Part shown: in pieces, positions 9,377-18,700 of the stretch
Numbering within the stretch: position 1 is the stretch's first letter
Layout of the letters: every line of letters begins with the position of its first letter
Source: a virus
Taxonomy: Duplodnaviria; Caudoviricetes
DNA length: 48,405 bases
Direction: 5' to 3' (one strand)
IMG/VR virus record: IMGVR_UViG_3300038393_002081
Coordinates: 1-48,405 of that record
The notes under the pieces: generated by a model
Seen by the model: the letters and a program-made list of their open reading frames with translations, nothing else
The model's database searches: none
What the model was told of the DNA's origin: nothing
Program-made: the position numbers and the translations under genes

Positions 9377-9785
9377 TGGTAGTATCATTTACAGGTTTAC
9401 ACCATTCTATCAAGTCTGCCTTGGTGATTGTATATTCAGTATCGTTAGGATAGTAAAGAGAGGGAATCAGTTCATTGATCTTCTCGGTGTCTATTCCGGT
9501 TTCAATAGCTGTCTGTATTTTCTTGTCTACGCGGTCGGAATCCTCCGGAAACCTTTCCTCCCATCTGTCGGTAGCTCGCATTATCTTACCTACGATAAAC
9601 TCTTTGGTTAGTGTGAACATCTTTTCCAGAGACGCTCCCATAACTTCTACCTTCCAATCGTCGGGTAGCCATTCGATATGTTCTTCGTCTAAATCAAGTT
9701 GCCACATTAGCTCTGAGATGTCAGAGCAGAAAACGTCTTCGTAGTAGAAGTTCTCCCAAATTTTATTTGTTATGTTGTGTTCCAT
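9363..9785 (-). CDS. Acidic hypothetical protein
   Basis: Start MEHNITNK at 9785 preferred; overlaps both neighbours. Confidence 0.6.
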   Translation of the reverse strand: MEHNITNKIWENFYYEDVFCSDISELMWQLDLDEEHIEWLPDDWKVEVMGASLEKMFTLTKEFIVGKIMRATDRWEERFPEDSDRVDKKIQTAIETGIDTEKINELIPSLYYPNDTEYTITKADLIEWCKPVNDTTNGTK

Positions 9786-10116
9786 CGATATTTGATTGTT
9801 TAAGGATATTGAAAGAGGACAGCGCTTCCCGCGAAAGGTCAATTATGCGAGATAGTTTCATCTTCAATTTGAAGGGCGGTTCAGTTCCGTCTAATGCAGC
9901 CAAATGGTCAATCTGACCTAACACATCAACTAACTTCTCTACTACATCGTTTGGATAGGCAGATGAAAGAGCCGCGGTGTAGCCTGCTATATAGCCATTG
10001 TACATTCCAATTCCCTTTCCGAATGTGTAATCGGATTGTGCTGATTGTGGCTGTGCGGAATACTGGTTTGCTTTCTCTGCAAGCCATTGAGGAATTTGCT
10101 TTGTGGATTCGCTCAT
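9763..10116 (-). CDS. Hypothetical protein
   Basis: Start MSESTKQ at 10116 preferred; GYIAGY motif. Confidence 0.55.
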   Translation of the reverse strand: MSESTKQIPQWLAEKANQYSAQPQSAQSDYTFGKGIGMYNGYIAGYTAALSSAYPNDVVEKLVDVLGQIDHLAALDGTEPPFKLKMKLSRIIDLSREALSSFNILKQSNIDGTQHNK

Positions 10117-10126
10117 AGTGTAGGAT

Positions 10127-10405
10127 TTATTTACCCGACGTGATTTGTTTGAATAGTTCATAGAGTTCCGAAGTGGGTTTGCATTCCTCAATAACAAGGG
10201 GTCGCTTCCATCCGTAGTCGCCGTACCAATCATGGCCTTCGGAGCCAATCCATTCAGCGAAATCAATAGCTTCCTGTCTGGCTATGTCAGCACAGGCGGA
10301 GGCGGCGTTATCCATTCCCTCAATCAATGCGCTCCCTTCACCTTCGTAATTGAGGAATTGATTGTCGATTATCGCATCCCGCATCTTTTCTTCGAGTGTA
10401 TTCAT
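10127..10405 (-). CDS. Hypothetical protein
   Basis: AIDFAEWI...TSELYELF motif typical of Bacteroidota phage early genes. Confidence 0.6.
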   Translation of the reverse strand: MNTLEEKMRDAIIDNQFLNYEGEGSALIEGMDNAASACADIARQEAIDFAEWIGSEGHDWYGDYGWKRPLVIEECKPTSELYELFKQITSGK

Positions 10406-10635
10406 CTTGTTTGGTTTAGATGGTTATAATCTTCGGCTGCGCAAACTCTCCTAAGAAATTCCTTGAATGTTATCTCCGCCCCGGCATTGCCTTCGTCATC
10501 CATAAGGAATAGGTTGCCGTCTATCTCCCGGCAGCATACATCCTGTCCGCGATTCCAATCCCAATAATTAAGAAAGTTTCTACCGTCACCATCGCCGTTG
10601 CGCCGGTACTCAATTTTGGTTACTATTGTGTCCAT
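10402..10635 (-). CDS. Hypothetical protein
   Basis: 77-aa ORF with ATGA coupling. Confidence 0.55.
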   Translation of the reverse strand: MDTIVTKIEYRRNGDGDGRNFLNYWDWNRGQDVCCREIDGNLFLMDDEGNAGAEITFKEFLRRVCAAEDYNHLNQTR

Positions 10636-10645
10636 ATAGGTTGGT

Positions 10646-10861
10646 TTAGATAGCGGTTGTAAATGACTGCTTAGCCTTCACCACTTGGAATTTGTACTTA
10701 CGCCTCCAATATTCCCACGGCTTACCCGAATCTTTCGCAAAGGCGGCAATCGCTTCTTTGCGCGTGTACCTGAATGTTGAGGGTATGATGTATGGCCCTG
10801 TGCCATTCGGATGATTCAGGCAAATCACTACCCATCCTTTTTGTGTTTCAGAAAGTGGCAT
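10646..10861 (-). CDS. Hypothetical protein
   Basis: 71-aa ORF in the operon. Confidence 0.55.
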   Translation of the reverse strand: MPLSETQKGWVVICLNHPNGTGPYIIPSTFRYTRKEAIAAFAKDSGKPWEYWRRKYKFQVVKAKQSFTTAI

Positions 10862-11048
10862 CGTTAATATTTTGGTTTTGAATAGTTATTACGTCTGATG
10901 GAAAGCTCTTTTGAAGTTTCTGCCCTGATTGATTTCTCCCGAAGTATAGCCGGTACCATGTCTTGCCTTTAGCATTCCAGGTCTTAACAACTACCCCTAC
11001 TGTGCCTATAGGAATATCTGAGTAGAACTTGGTTACTGTGGCGGTCAC
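10848..11048 (-). CDS. Small SH3/KOW-like beta protein
   Basis: IPIGTVGVVVKTW...WYRLYF pattern. Confidence 0.45.
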   Translation of the reverse strand: MTATVTKFYSDIPIGTVGVVVKTWNAKGKTWYRLYFGRNQSGQKLQKSFPSDVITIQNQNINDATF

Positions 11049-11063
11049 GGTGACATGCGATAT

Positions 11064-11507
11064 TCAGTAGTTAAAAACCAACATCGCCGCGTCTCGAGAA
11101 TGGCTATTTGTCCTACCCTCCCATCCGGTTATCTTTTTGAAATACTTACCGTCCGTCTTGGTCTTATTGTTCTTTGGGGGCACCTTCTCAAAAGAGAGAC
11201 CTTCGCGTGTTAGAAATTCTTCCCATAACTGGCAGTCTCTTTTTATGCTGCCGGCACCCTGCAATTGTTCCCTGCCTGCACTTCCGAACCACTTTCGTAG
11301 CCTTGCGTCCTCGTATCGAACATGGATGCTTTCACGAGGGGTACTAGCTGTCAGGCTGTCTATCCAATCAAGGGCCTCTATGAACCCTACACAGGTCACT
11401 ACACGCAGCTTCTTTTCCAACCTGTCCCAAATGGCAATGCCTGTATTGACACCGGGATCAATGCCTACTATCACCTGCTTGCGGTATTCATTGCTGGATA
11501 TGGTCAT
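11064..11507 (-). CDS. RuvC-like Holliday junction resolvase
   Basis: IVGIDPGVNTGIA...YED...HSRDAAML RNase H-fold motifs. Confidence 0.8.
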   Translation of the reverse strand: MTISSNEYRKQVIVGIDPGVNTGIAIWDRLEKKLRVVTCVGFIEALDWIDSLTASTPRESIHVRYEDARLRKWFGSAGREQLQGAGSIKRDCQLWEEFLTREGLSFEKVPPKNNKTKTDGKYFKKITGWEGRTNSHSRDAAMLVFNY

Positions 11508-11674
11508 TGTATAAGCCGTTTGGTAATTTCAGATTCCGTCGCTACAAAAGGATAACAGCCCTTGAAACGCGCCATGTAGTATCCATCCGCATAAGCCATT
11601 ATTTTCAAGTAGCCATTAGTAATGTGTGGATACTTCTTACCTACACTGTATAAAGGGGTTGTTGTTTTGTTCAT
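11504..11674 (-). CDS. Small hypothetical protein (56 aa, not in the ORF track)
   Basis: MNKTTTPLY...KRLIQ*; ATGA overlap with the resolvase start. Confidence 0.55.
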   Translation of the reverse strand: MNKTTTPLYSVGKKYPHITNGYLKIMAYADGYYMARFKGCYPFVATESEITKRLIQ

Positions 11675-11677
11675 TGA

Positions 11678-11932
11678 CTAGTTCGGTTTTATTCTGATTT
11701 CTATCTCCCCCTCAAATTCCTCCTTCCATCTGGCTATTATCCCTGACCTGTGACTTTTATTCTCATAAGCCAGAGAGACGAACTTTTTCCCTTTCACATA
11801 TAGGGATATGATCCCCGTTGTCCGCTGCTTCCTTCCTGTCAGTCCAATTAGAATCTGCTTCTGATAGGCTTTGCTCTCCTTCTTCCAGTTTCCCGCCGGG
11901 ACTGAGGTAAAGGCGCGGGAAGTGGTGCTCAT
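11678..11932 (-). CDS. Hypothetical protein
   Basis: 84-aa ORF. Confidence 0.55.
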   Translation of the reverse strand: MSTTSRAFTSVPAGNWKKESKAYQKQILIGLTGRKQRTTGIISLYVKGKKFVSLAYENKSHRSGIIARWKEEFEGEIEIRIKPN

Positions 11933-12045
11933 TGGTAAAATCGTGCTGTTACAATCCTCCTATACCTCCTTTTAGCCCTGTCCAAAATCCGCTTCCTGTT
12001 ACGCCTGTAGTACCTCTTGTGGTATTGTGATCGGCTTGGTTTCAT
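11929..12045 (-). CDS. Arg-rich 38-aa peptide
   Basis: MKPSRSQYHKRYYRRNRKRILDRAKRRYRR...; ATGA overlaps at both ends. Confidence 0.5.
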   Translation of the reverse strand: MKPSRSQYHKRYYRRNRKRILDRAKRRYRRIVTARFYQ

Positions 12046-12527
12046 GCGGCATTTTTTTTCAGTTTCCACGTTCTGGAATCAATCCTGATCCATGTACCCG
12101 TATCCTTCCGTATTTGGCAGGACTCAGGATTTCGGTCCGTGCGGAATGTGGTCTTCTTCTCAATAGGCGGTCGTTCACTATTCGGTATAAATCGATTCTT
12201 TGCCACCTGAGAGCCTGTTTTAGACACTTTCTCGTCCCGGTTGACCGTAGACGCCTTTCGCTCCTTAATCCCGCCAAATCTGGGTCTTCCATTCGGCACA
12301 TATTTCCATGAGCCATCCGGCATTTTCATTCGGCGAGTTCCCTTCCCGTCATTGTGCGTGACGATAATGCCCACTGGCTTGGTACGTGTCGGAATGTCAA
12401 TGCCTCTTTTTCGCAGCTTGTGCGCTAAAGCCCGGAGTCTTTCCGAGGTGCTGCCCAACTCAACCGCCAATTGCTTTGCGGTATGTGTGCGGTTATACTT
12501 CGCTATGATGTGATCGGTAATGGTCAT
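12042..12527 (-). CDS. HTH DNA-binding protein resembling the N-terminal part of phage HNH proteins
   Basis: TAKQLAVELG...LRALAHKL HTH; KPVG...DG...K...W segment; no HNH motif. Confidence 0.5.
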   Translation of the reverse strand: MTITDHIIAKYNRTHTAKQLAVELGSTSERLRALAHKLRKRGIDIPTRTKPVGIIVTHNDGKGTRRMKMPDGSWKYVPNGRPRFGGIKERKASTVNRDEKVSKTGSQVAKNRFIPNSERPPIEKKTTFRTDRNPESCQIRKDTGTWIRIDSRTWKLKKNAA

Positions 12528-12531
12528 TGGA

Positions 12532-12900
12532 CTATGCTGTTTGCAGGTCGGGAGTAAGGGCTATTTCGTTTATGGCGAATGGTAGTACCAATTGGTTGGG
12601 ATCGTCCGTTGGCGGAACCGGTGGATCGTTCCAATATCCATCGTCGTCTCTGTTCCAATCCCAGTGTACATGAGCGGTACAACATGGACTACCTTTATCG
12701 TTATATATCCATTCTTTCGGATAGTCAGGATGTTTTAAGTCGAAGCAGAATGACCGGCTGAGAATATCGCAAGGATTATCCTTGGTATTTCCGGTGTGCT
12801 CGTACTTACCATGAATGCAATTGCTGCAGAATTTGTCTATAAACCACATTCCTTCGTCGCCGTTGGAAGGACGGTAGGCATTCCCTACTGATTTGTGCAT
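12532..12900 (-). CDS. Cys-rich conserved phage protein
   Basis: YRPSNGDEG..F..KFCSNC...CDIL...YPKEW...PCC. Confidence 0.7.
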   Translation of the reverse strand: MHKSVGNAYRPSNGDEGMWFIDKFCSNCIHGKYEHTGNTKDNPCDILSRSFCFDLKHPDYPKEWIYNDKGSPCCTAHVHWDWNRDDDGYWNDPPVPPTDDPNQLVLPFAINEIALTPDLQTA

Positions 12901-12903
12901 CTT

Positions 12904-13083
12904 TTACTGTTTAATAGTTTGTTCCTGAATAGTCAACCCCTGCATTCTTGCAAGACGAGTAGCACAATACCTGAATGATTCCGCATATTCATACTGGCTT
13001 CCTAATGGATATTTACTGTAGTGCTCTAAGAATGTTTCATCATCCATAGAAGCTATGTCTTGAAGGGTGAGGGATGTTTTCAT
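12904..13083 (-). CDS. Small hypothetical protein (59 aa)
   Basis: MKTSLTLQDIASMDD...; fills an operon gap. Confidence 0.5.
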   Translation of the reverse strand: MKTSLTLQDIASMDDETFLEHYSKYPLGSQYEYAESFRYCATRLARMQGLTIQEQTIKQ

Positions 13084-13284
13084 TCAGAAGTTGAATTGTA
13101 GTTGTTGGGCATCTATCCATTGCCACACGCTTTGCAGTTTTTCTTTCCGCTCCATCCAGTCAAGAAGGCTGTCTAAATCTTCATCACTTGGATTTGGCAC
13201 TACTAATCCCTGAGCCATCTTCAATGCTTTTGGTGTTAGTGTGTGCGGGTTATAAACTATCTCCAATGGTTTGTAATGGAGCAT
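13084..13284 (-). CDS. Hypothetical protein
   Basis: 66-aa ORF directly after the primase-helicase. Confidence 0.5.
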   Translation of the reverse strand: MLHYKPLEIVYNPHTLTPKALKMAQGLVVPNPSDEDLDSLLDWMERKEKLQSVWQWIDAQQLQFNF

Positions 13285-13286
13285 GG

Positions 13287-15062
13287 TTAAAAGTTTTCAA
13301 GTGGTATGTATTGCCGTATCTCGGTATCATACCGGAAAGACGCGCACCCTATTTTACCCAGCCATGAGTAGCGCACCTTTTGGATATGCACGTCAACGGT
13401 GTTCGTTTCAAAATCACGATACACAGCAATGCCATTATCTGTTTTGTTGAAGAAATGCGCTGATCCTGAAATGTTGTATAGTGTCGGCACCTCGTACTTG
13501 CCGTTGGTCTTTGGCATCTTGACAGGGTGCGCTATAAGTATGGTGTGAACACCTGTTACAAGACAAAAGGCTTTCAACTTGGTTAGGCATTCGCTGACAT
13601 ACTGCGTCTCTGATTGCCCGTTGGCTATGTGATGCTCTATATAGTTCCATGGATCAATCAACAAGCCGTGTATGCCCTTCCTGAGCACCAGTTCCTTTGC
13701 TTTTGACAATATGCCGTCTATCGTTACTTCTACCTGATTTACGTTAATGAATGTGAAGTGATGCCGTACCATGTTCGCGGCATAAGCAAACTCTACATGG
13801 TTCATCCGTGAGCTTGCATCCAAGCGATGTGCGAATGCTTTACCGGTGAACTTCTCCATTAGCTTCGTTACATGCAGGCTGCTTGGCTGATTCTCAAAGG
13901 AGCATATACCCCATTTCCACCCGTGGTTTTGCGCCGCCTTGACCATGACTAAATCAGCGAATTCACTTTTGCCACTCCCCGGTATGCCTGTACCTATTGT
14001 GAGCTGAGCCGGCATCAGCGAAAGATGATCGTCAAAGCCGGGTATGCCTACCTTTATGCCGCGAGGATAACCGTTCATGTAGTAGTCCTGCACTTCATCG
14101 AACATTTCATCCATATCCATGATGCCTTCTATCGGAAAATCATGTGCGGTTTTCAGCAGTTGCAATACTCCCGGCTTGCCGAATTTTAGGAGCACGTCAT
14201 TAGCGTCCTTGCATCCATCGGGGAAGTCTACTATCTGGCAGCGGTCTTTACCCAATCTTCTGCCTAATTCCTCCCTTAGCTGCCTTCCTGGTTCATCATT
14301 ATCCGTACAAAGGACGATACAGGTAAAATCCTTGAAATAGTCGTGGCAATTGTCCAGGTATTTCAGATTGGAATTACTGCCTGATTTGGCTGCACCATTC
14401 GGTACAGATACCACGTTTTTCACTCCAGACTCATGAATACTCAGCGCGTCCATTTCACCTTCCACGATAATGATGTACTCCCCGTCCTTCGCGGCATCCA
14501 TGTTGTAGAAAATCAACTCCGCGCCCTTTGCCAGTTTAAAATCCTTCTCCCTTGCGCGGTACTTGATGTTGATAAGTTCACCGTCCCGGAAGTAGTTGAA
14601 GTTGATAACCGGCACCTCTGCCTTTGCTTTAGGCATCCATTCTACCGATTGGCTGATTTGAAAATCCGACACCGTCTGTTCTGAGATTCCGCGTTGGCAG
14701 AAGAATGAGATAATAGATTCATGCACGATGCCAGTAGCAAGGCGCGGACGGGTATAGTTCGGCTTTTCGCCTTCTTCAACTACCTGGATCTGATATATGG
14801 CCGCAATGCGCCTCACAGCTTCCGGATAGCCCACTTTCTCGTAATCCTGCACGAAGGCTAATGCGTCTCCGCTCTTGCCACAACCAAAGCATTTGTAGAA
14901 CTGCTCTGCCTTGTTGACCTTGAAAGACGGGCTTTTTTCATTGTGGAACGGACAGCATGCCACCATTTCTTTGCCTTCCCGCTTTAATTGGATGAAAACG
15001 GACACAACCTCGACAACGTCCATCCGTTGCTTGACTTCCTGTATTGTTGTCTCGCTGATCAT
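13287..15062 (-). CDS. DNA primase-helicase (zf-CHC2 + TOPRIM + SF4 helicase; T7 gp4/Twinkle-like)
   Basis: CPFHNEKSPSF..CFGC zinc finger; VEGEMDALS and TDNDEPG TOPRIM; GIPGSGKS Walker A; LLIDPWN; IAHP; SGSAHF. Confidence 0.93.
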   Translation of the reverse strand: MISETTIQEVKQRMDVVEVVSVFIQLKREGKEMVACCPFHNEKSPSFKVNKAEQFYKCFGCGKSGDALAFVQDYEKVGYPEAVRRIAAIYQIQVVEEGEKPNYTRPRLATGIVHESIISFFCQRGISEQTVSDFQISQSVEWMPKAKAEVPVINFNYFRDGELINIKYRAREKDFKLAKGAELIFYNMDAAKDGEYIIIVEGEMDALSIHESGVKNVVSVPNGAAKSGSNSNLKYLDNCHDYFKDFTCIVLCTDNDEPGRQLREELGRRLGKDRCQIVDFPDGCKDANDVLLKFGKPGVLQLLKTAHDFPIEGIMDMDEMFDEVQDYYMNGYPRGIKVGIPGFDDHLSLMPAQLTIGTGIPGSGKSEFADLVMVKAAQNHGWKWGICSFENQPSSLHVTKLMEKFTGKAFAHRLDASSRMNHVEFAYAANMVRHHFTFINVNQVEVTIDGILSKAKELVLRKGIHGLLIDPWNYIEHHIANGQSETQYVSECLTKLKAFCLVTGVHTILIAHPVKMPKTNGKYEVPTLYNISGSAHFFNKTDNGIAVYRDFETNTVDVHIQKVRYSWLGKIGCASFRYDTEIRQYIPLENF

Positions 15063-15817
15063 AGAACGACTTTTCTTTTACCTTCCGGTGTGTGTGTGTG
15101 CTTACGTAGTTGCCCGGTATAATCATCATCCCACATACGTTTACTCAGCCAGTTGTAAGGTGATGCCCGGAAGTTTATTTCGGGCTTTAGTTGCACATAG
15201 GCTTTTGCTTCATCCAACGCCTTTTTGCGTTCTGACGGGGACATAGCAAACCACGCATGCTGACATTCGTATAGCCGCTCGCCTTTCCCGTATGTTTCCC
15301 AGAACTCGTCAAACTGCTTTCTGCCTTCCGTAAGATTTTCTTGCGCGCCCGTACCTGTATTACCTATGTCTGCTCCTACTAAAGAATCCTTATCCTTATC
15401 CTTGAGGGTATCGAAGTCCTCTTCGAGTGGTCTTCTAGTCCTCTTCTTGACCTCTTGAAGACCTCTAAGAGAGGTGTGCTCTATTCCGTGTGATTTTAGA
15501 ATTTTCAAAATGCTTTCATGCAGCTTGTTATTCAAGTTGAAGGACGCGCCATATTGGAAGACGAAAAATTCCTCTATGAACCAAATGCTATCGGAAATAA
15601 CACGGATTCGGCCCTTGCCTTTGTTGAAAAATTCCAATGCTTGTGCAGCAGTAATGGTAATACCATTAAGGCCGCAGAATTGCCGAATGTTGACCTTAAA
15701 TATTCCCGCATGATCGCAACTAGCCAATACGAAATGCCAAAACAATTTGTACTCGATCGGCATTTCTAAGTACCAATCTTCATCCCATATTTCAGTCGAC
15801 GTAAACCGCTTTGCCAT
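15059..15817 (-). CDS. Replication initiator protein (winged-helix N-terminus)
   Basis: MAKRFTSTEIWDEDWY...CDHAGI; KDKDKD linker; FDEFWETY...WL.KRMWDD C-terminus; directly upstream of the helicase. Confidence 0.75.
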   Translation of the reverse strand: MAKRFTSTEIWDEDWYLEMPIEYKLFWHFVLASCDHAGIFKVNIRQFCGLNGITITAAQALEFFNKGKGRIRVISDSIWFIEEFFVFQYGASFNLNNKLHESILKILKSHGIEHTSLRGLQEVKKRTRRPLEEDFDTLKDKDKDSLVGADIGNTGTGAQENLTEGRKQFDEFWETYGKGERLYECQHAWFAMSPSERKKALDEAKAYVQLKPEINFRASPYNWLSKRMWDDDYTGQLRKHTHTPEGKRKVVL

Positions 15818-15867
15818 GTGTGATTCTTTGTTTACTTGCTAGTATTTCGGATAAATAAGGGCGGCTT

Positions 15868-16239
15868 CTATTCCTGGTTAAGACGCTGGTTCACTTCTTC
15901 GGATGTGATCAATTTTTTTTCGAGTAGATAGATCAGTAGCGCACCCTTCGCACCAGCCTCTGTTTTATAGAAACCTCCATAGGCTCCATCACTACTTGCC
16001 GACCATCTTATTCCGTCGTCTAGAAGGGTTTGACGAGTTGCGGCATCTTGAGGTAGCATTACGCCCAATTCTGCCACGTTGAAAGCAGCGTAGTCATCTT
16101 CGCATACCATTTCTCCGGTCATTATCTGATAGTATAGTGATCCGTCAGATGACCAACGTAATAGTGACTGCTGCTTGATACCCAATTCTTTCAGCCTCTT
16201 AGCCTGGGCAAGTGATATGCATTGATTTTCGATCTTCAT
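15868..16239 (-). CDS. Conserved phage hypothetical protein
   Basis: ISLAQAKRLKELG...AFNVAELGVMLP...TEA motifs. Confidence 0.65.
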   Translation of the reverse strand: MKIENQCISLAQAKRLKELGIKQQSLLRWSSDGSLYYQIMTGEMVCEDDYAAFNVAELGVMLPQDAATRQTLLDDGIRWSASSDGAYGGFYKTEAGAKGALLIYLLEKKLITSEEVNQRLNQE

Positions 16240-16250
16240 GGCTGTTGTGT

Positions 16251-16379
16251 TTATCCCACTTCCTCTACCCGATAGTCATCAGGTCTGGTCATGGATTTAA
16301 CGGCATCTGCAGCCTCCTTGTAGGAGTTCATTACTGCTAATACCTTGTTGTCCTTTTTTCGGATGATGTGGTATTTCAT
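16251..16379 (-). CDS. Small hypothetical protein (42 aa)
   Basis: MKYHIIRKKDNK...; ATGA overlap with the MTase stop. Confidence 0.45.
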   Translation of the reverse strand: MKYHIIRKKDNKVLAVMNSYKEAADAVKSMTRPDDYRVEEVG

Positions 16380-17599
16380 GATGGATTGATTTTATTGTCA
16401 ACAAACTTTATTCTGTTAGCTATCCAATTTGCCACGGGTGCCGCCCATCCATTGCCAATAATCTTGTATCGTGCAGTATCCGATAACTCATAAGTGTTTC
16501 CCTTTTCGTTCAGGCCATGCTTGGTCCAATCATCCTCCCATCCTTGCAATCTTTCGCACTCTTTCGGTGTAAGGCGGCGTACGGAAGAGCCTGCGAATAT
16601 TTGTTGCTCTGTACCCGTTGTCACAGTAAATGCGCTATCCTCACTACCTAAGTATCCTTTACCTCCGCCCTCACAACCAGTTCTAATCTTAAATGCGACC
16701 GCCGGAGTTTTGCTTTTGTCAAGATTTGGAGAGATCTGAGTTGAGTCAAACGCTATTGCTAAACCGTGACTGCCTGATTGGTGTCCGTTGATATTGGAAA
16801 GCGAACGTAGTGTTGGACATATATTTGAAACGGCATCGTTTCCACAACCTCTTGCTGTGAATGCAATAAGGTCAGATGGACTTTTGTAGTCGCGAGCACT
16901 GACAGTGCTCGCAACCGGAGACGTGCCGTATTCGCCTGATGATTGGCGGTCAAACGTCTCTACAAAGTCTCCTGGGAATCCGCTACACTGGTTAGCGCCA
17001 ACCGTAAGGCTATCGGCAATTCTTTGCCCCTTTTCTCTGCCCGGCGCAGAATGCCCTTGCAGGCTGTGGCGCTCAAATAATACCGCTGCGGCAGCCCGCC
17101 AGTCTCCAAGATATCCGACAACGAACACACGCTTGCGTCGCTGGGGAACTCCGAAGTATTGAGCGTCAAGAACGCGGTAGGCGAACCCATACCCGAGCTG
17201 CGCCAACCCTCCGAGGAAGGAACCAAAGTCCCGTCCTCCATTGCTTGACAGAACGCCTGGGACATTCTCCCATAATATCCACGGGCACTTAAGTTTTGCA
17301 GCCAGTTTAAGAAACTGGAGCGAGAGGTTTCCACGGGCATCTGCCATACCTCTGCGAAGTCCGGCGATGGAAAATGATTGGCAGGGGGTGCCGCCGGCAA
17401 GGAGCTGAATAAATCCTGGGGGATAGTCATCTGTGTCTATTTGGGTAAAATCGCCGAGGTTAGGCACTTCGGGGTAGCGATATCTCAATATGGATGAAGC
17501 ATGTTGCTCAATCTCTGAGTGAAAAGCACATGAATAGCCAAGACGCTTCCAAGCCTCACCGAATGCCTCACCACCTGAACATACTGTTGCGTATCTCAT
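16376..17599 (-). CDS. DNA (cytosine-5) methyltransferase
   Basis: GGTPCQSFS (motif IV), WENVPG (VI), QRRKRVF (VIII), RRLTPKECERLQG and GNG (IX/X). Confidence 0.93.
   Translation of the reverse strand: MRYATVCSGGEAFGEAWKRLGYSCAFHSEIEQHASSILRYRYPEVPNLGDFTQIDTDDYPPGFIQLLAGGTPCQSFSIAGLRRGMADARGNLSLQFLKLAAKLKCPWILWENVPGVLSSNGGRDFGSFLGGLAQLGYGFAYRVLDAQYFGVPQRRKRVFVVGYLGDWRAAAAVLFERHSLQGHSAPGREKGQRIADSLTVGANQCSGFPGDFVETFDRQSSGEYGTSPVASTVSARDYKSPSDLIAFTARGCGNDAVSNICPTLRSLSNINGHQSGSHGLAIAFDSTQISPNLDKSKTPAVAFKIRTGCEGGGKGYLGSEDSAFTVTTGTEQQIFAGSSVRRLTPKECERLQGWEDDWTKHGLNEKGNTYELSDTARYKIIGNGWAAPVANWIANRIKFVDNKINPS
16960..17430 (-). CDS. Nested alternative-frame ORF inside the C5 MTase (putative second subunit)
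   Basis: 156-aa ORF in another frame with CSLSDILETG.LPQRYYLS..ACKGILRRAEKRGK motif. Confidence 0.6.
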   Translation of the reverse strand: MTIPQDLFSSLPAAPPANHFPSPDFAEVWQMPVETSRSSFLNWLQNLSARGYYGRMSQAFCQAMEDGTLVPSSEGWRSSGMGSPTAFLTLNTSEFPSDASVCSLSDILETGGLPQRYYLSATACKGILRRAEKRGKELPIALRLALTSVADSQETL

Positions 17600-17601
17600 G
17601 C

Positions 17602-17709
17602 TTATAAGTCCGTTGTTTTGCTTAGTTGGTTATCGTGATAGAAGCAGTATTCAGAACCATCCTTAGTAAGTATTGGACGGCGGCATAGTGGGCAGTATTG
17701 GGTGCTCAT
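17602..17709 (-). CDS. Small zinc-binding peptide (35 aa)
   Basis: MSTQYCPLCRR...YCFYH (CxxC...CxxH); ATGA coupling. Confidence 0.45.
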   Translation of the reverse strand: MSTQYCPLCRRPILTKDGSEYCFYHDNQLSKTTDL

Positions 17710-18422
17710 TGGAATAGGCTTTGTTGACAGGCGTTAAAAGAGGTTGGCATATTTGTCCACATCGCTTCAGTTGATTTTTTTAGAGACCCGCGCTGTTCAA
17801 TTATTGGCACGAAATCCATCCAATCTGCCTTAGTGTTCTCACATACAATTGCCTGTCCTTTGCGATTTCTTGACCACTCTGCCAGCTTCGTAAAATCGAT
17901 ATGCTTATTACTCATCACATAGCTTTGTCCTCCCTCCTTGTACGGTGGATTTATAAACCAAGTGGCTGTCAGGTCCGGCGCATCGGTATAGTCACCTTCT
18001 TTTATCGTCCAATTCCTGATCTTGAATAGATTCTTGGCTATTCTCTGAAGATTGTAGTTCACGTGATTCGGACGTTGCACAGTTTTACGATCAGTTGGCG
18101 TAAAGCGTGGCCTTTCAGCTCCGCAACCAACAATGAATCCCATAAAATCAAGAGCAGCTTTACAGTCGAACGTGTAGTTGCGCAAATCGTCGGTCCTGCC
18201 GGGTCGTGGAAGGCTTAGAATGTCCTTTTCACTGCATTGCTGCAGCCATTTCCAGACTCCAACAATAACCGGATACTTGTCGATCAGTATTATTTCCCGG
18301 TCCCAGTATTTCAAAGCATATCTCGCAGATCCCGCGAACGGTTCTATTATGATATCGTATTTGGGCGGCGGGTATAGTCCCACGATGTTTGTCTTAGCGC
18401 CGTAGTAGCTCCACATATTCAT
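17706..18422 (-). CDS. DNA N6-adenine methyltransferase (Dam/D12-like)
   Basis: WSYYGAK, EPFAGSA (motif I), FINPPY (motif IV). Confidence 0.88.
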   Translation of the reverse strand: MNMWSYYGAKTNIVGLYPPPKYDIIIEPFAGSARYALKYWDREIILIDKYPVIVGVWKWLQQCSEKDILSLPRPGRTDDLRNYTFDCKAALDFMGFIVGCGAERPRFTPTDRKTVQRPNHVNYNLQRIAKNLFKIRNWTIKEGDYTDAPDLTATWFINPPYKEGGQSYVMSNKHIDFTKLAEWSRNRKGQAIVCENTKADWMDFVPIIEQRGSLKKSTEAMWTNMPTSFNACQQSLFQ

Positions 18423-18700
18423 TTATCGCCCTCCTTAGCCAATTGTTCCCGCTGATAGAAATAGCTTTTGACTCTTTTTGAGACAGGATTGCCTGATGCA
18501 TCCATGCCTTTTATTGTTACCCAACGATCTCCTATTGGCTCATGCATCTTGTTTCTGAGATCGGAGCAGCGAGAATGAAGCGCGCTACAGCCAAACCTTG
18601 CCCAAGCCTCTAGACTTGTCAGGGTGTGGCCAGCTTTCAAATACTCCAAAATGGCTGAGTTTTGGGACTGTAACTGATTCCCGGTATTGGCTATGGTCAT
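18419..18700 (-). CDS. Small winged-helix HTH protein
   Basis: ILEYLKAGHTLTSLEAWARFGCSALHSRCSDLR. Confidence 0.75.
   Translation of the reverse strand: MTIANTGNQLQSQNSAILEYLKAGHTLTSLEAWARFGCSALHSRCSDLRNKMHEPIGDRWVTIKGMDASGNPVSKRVKSYFYQREQLAKEGDK

Noticed and set aside
10221-10230. Extra CCGTACCAAT matches (also near 33727)
   Set aside because: Inside coding sequence and without a -7 box at the 42-bp offset.
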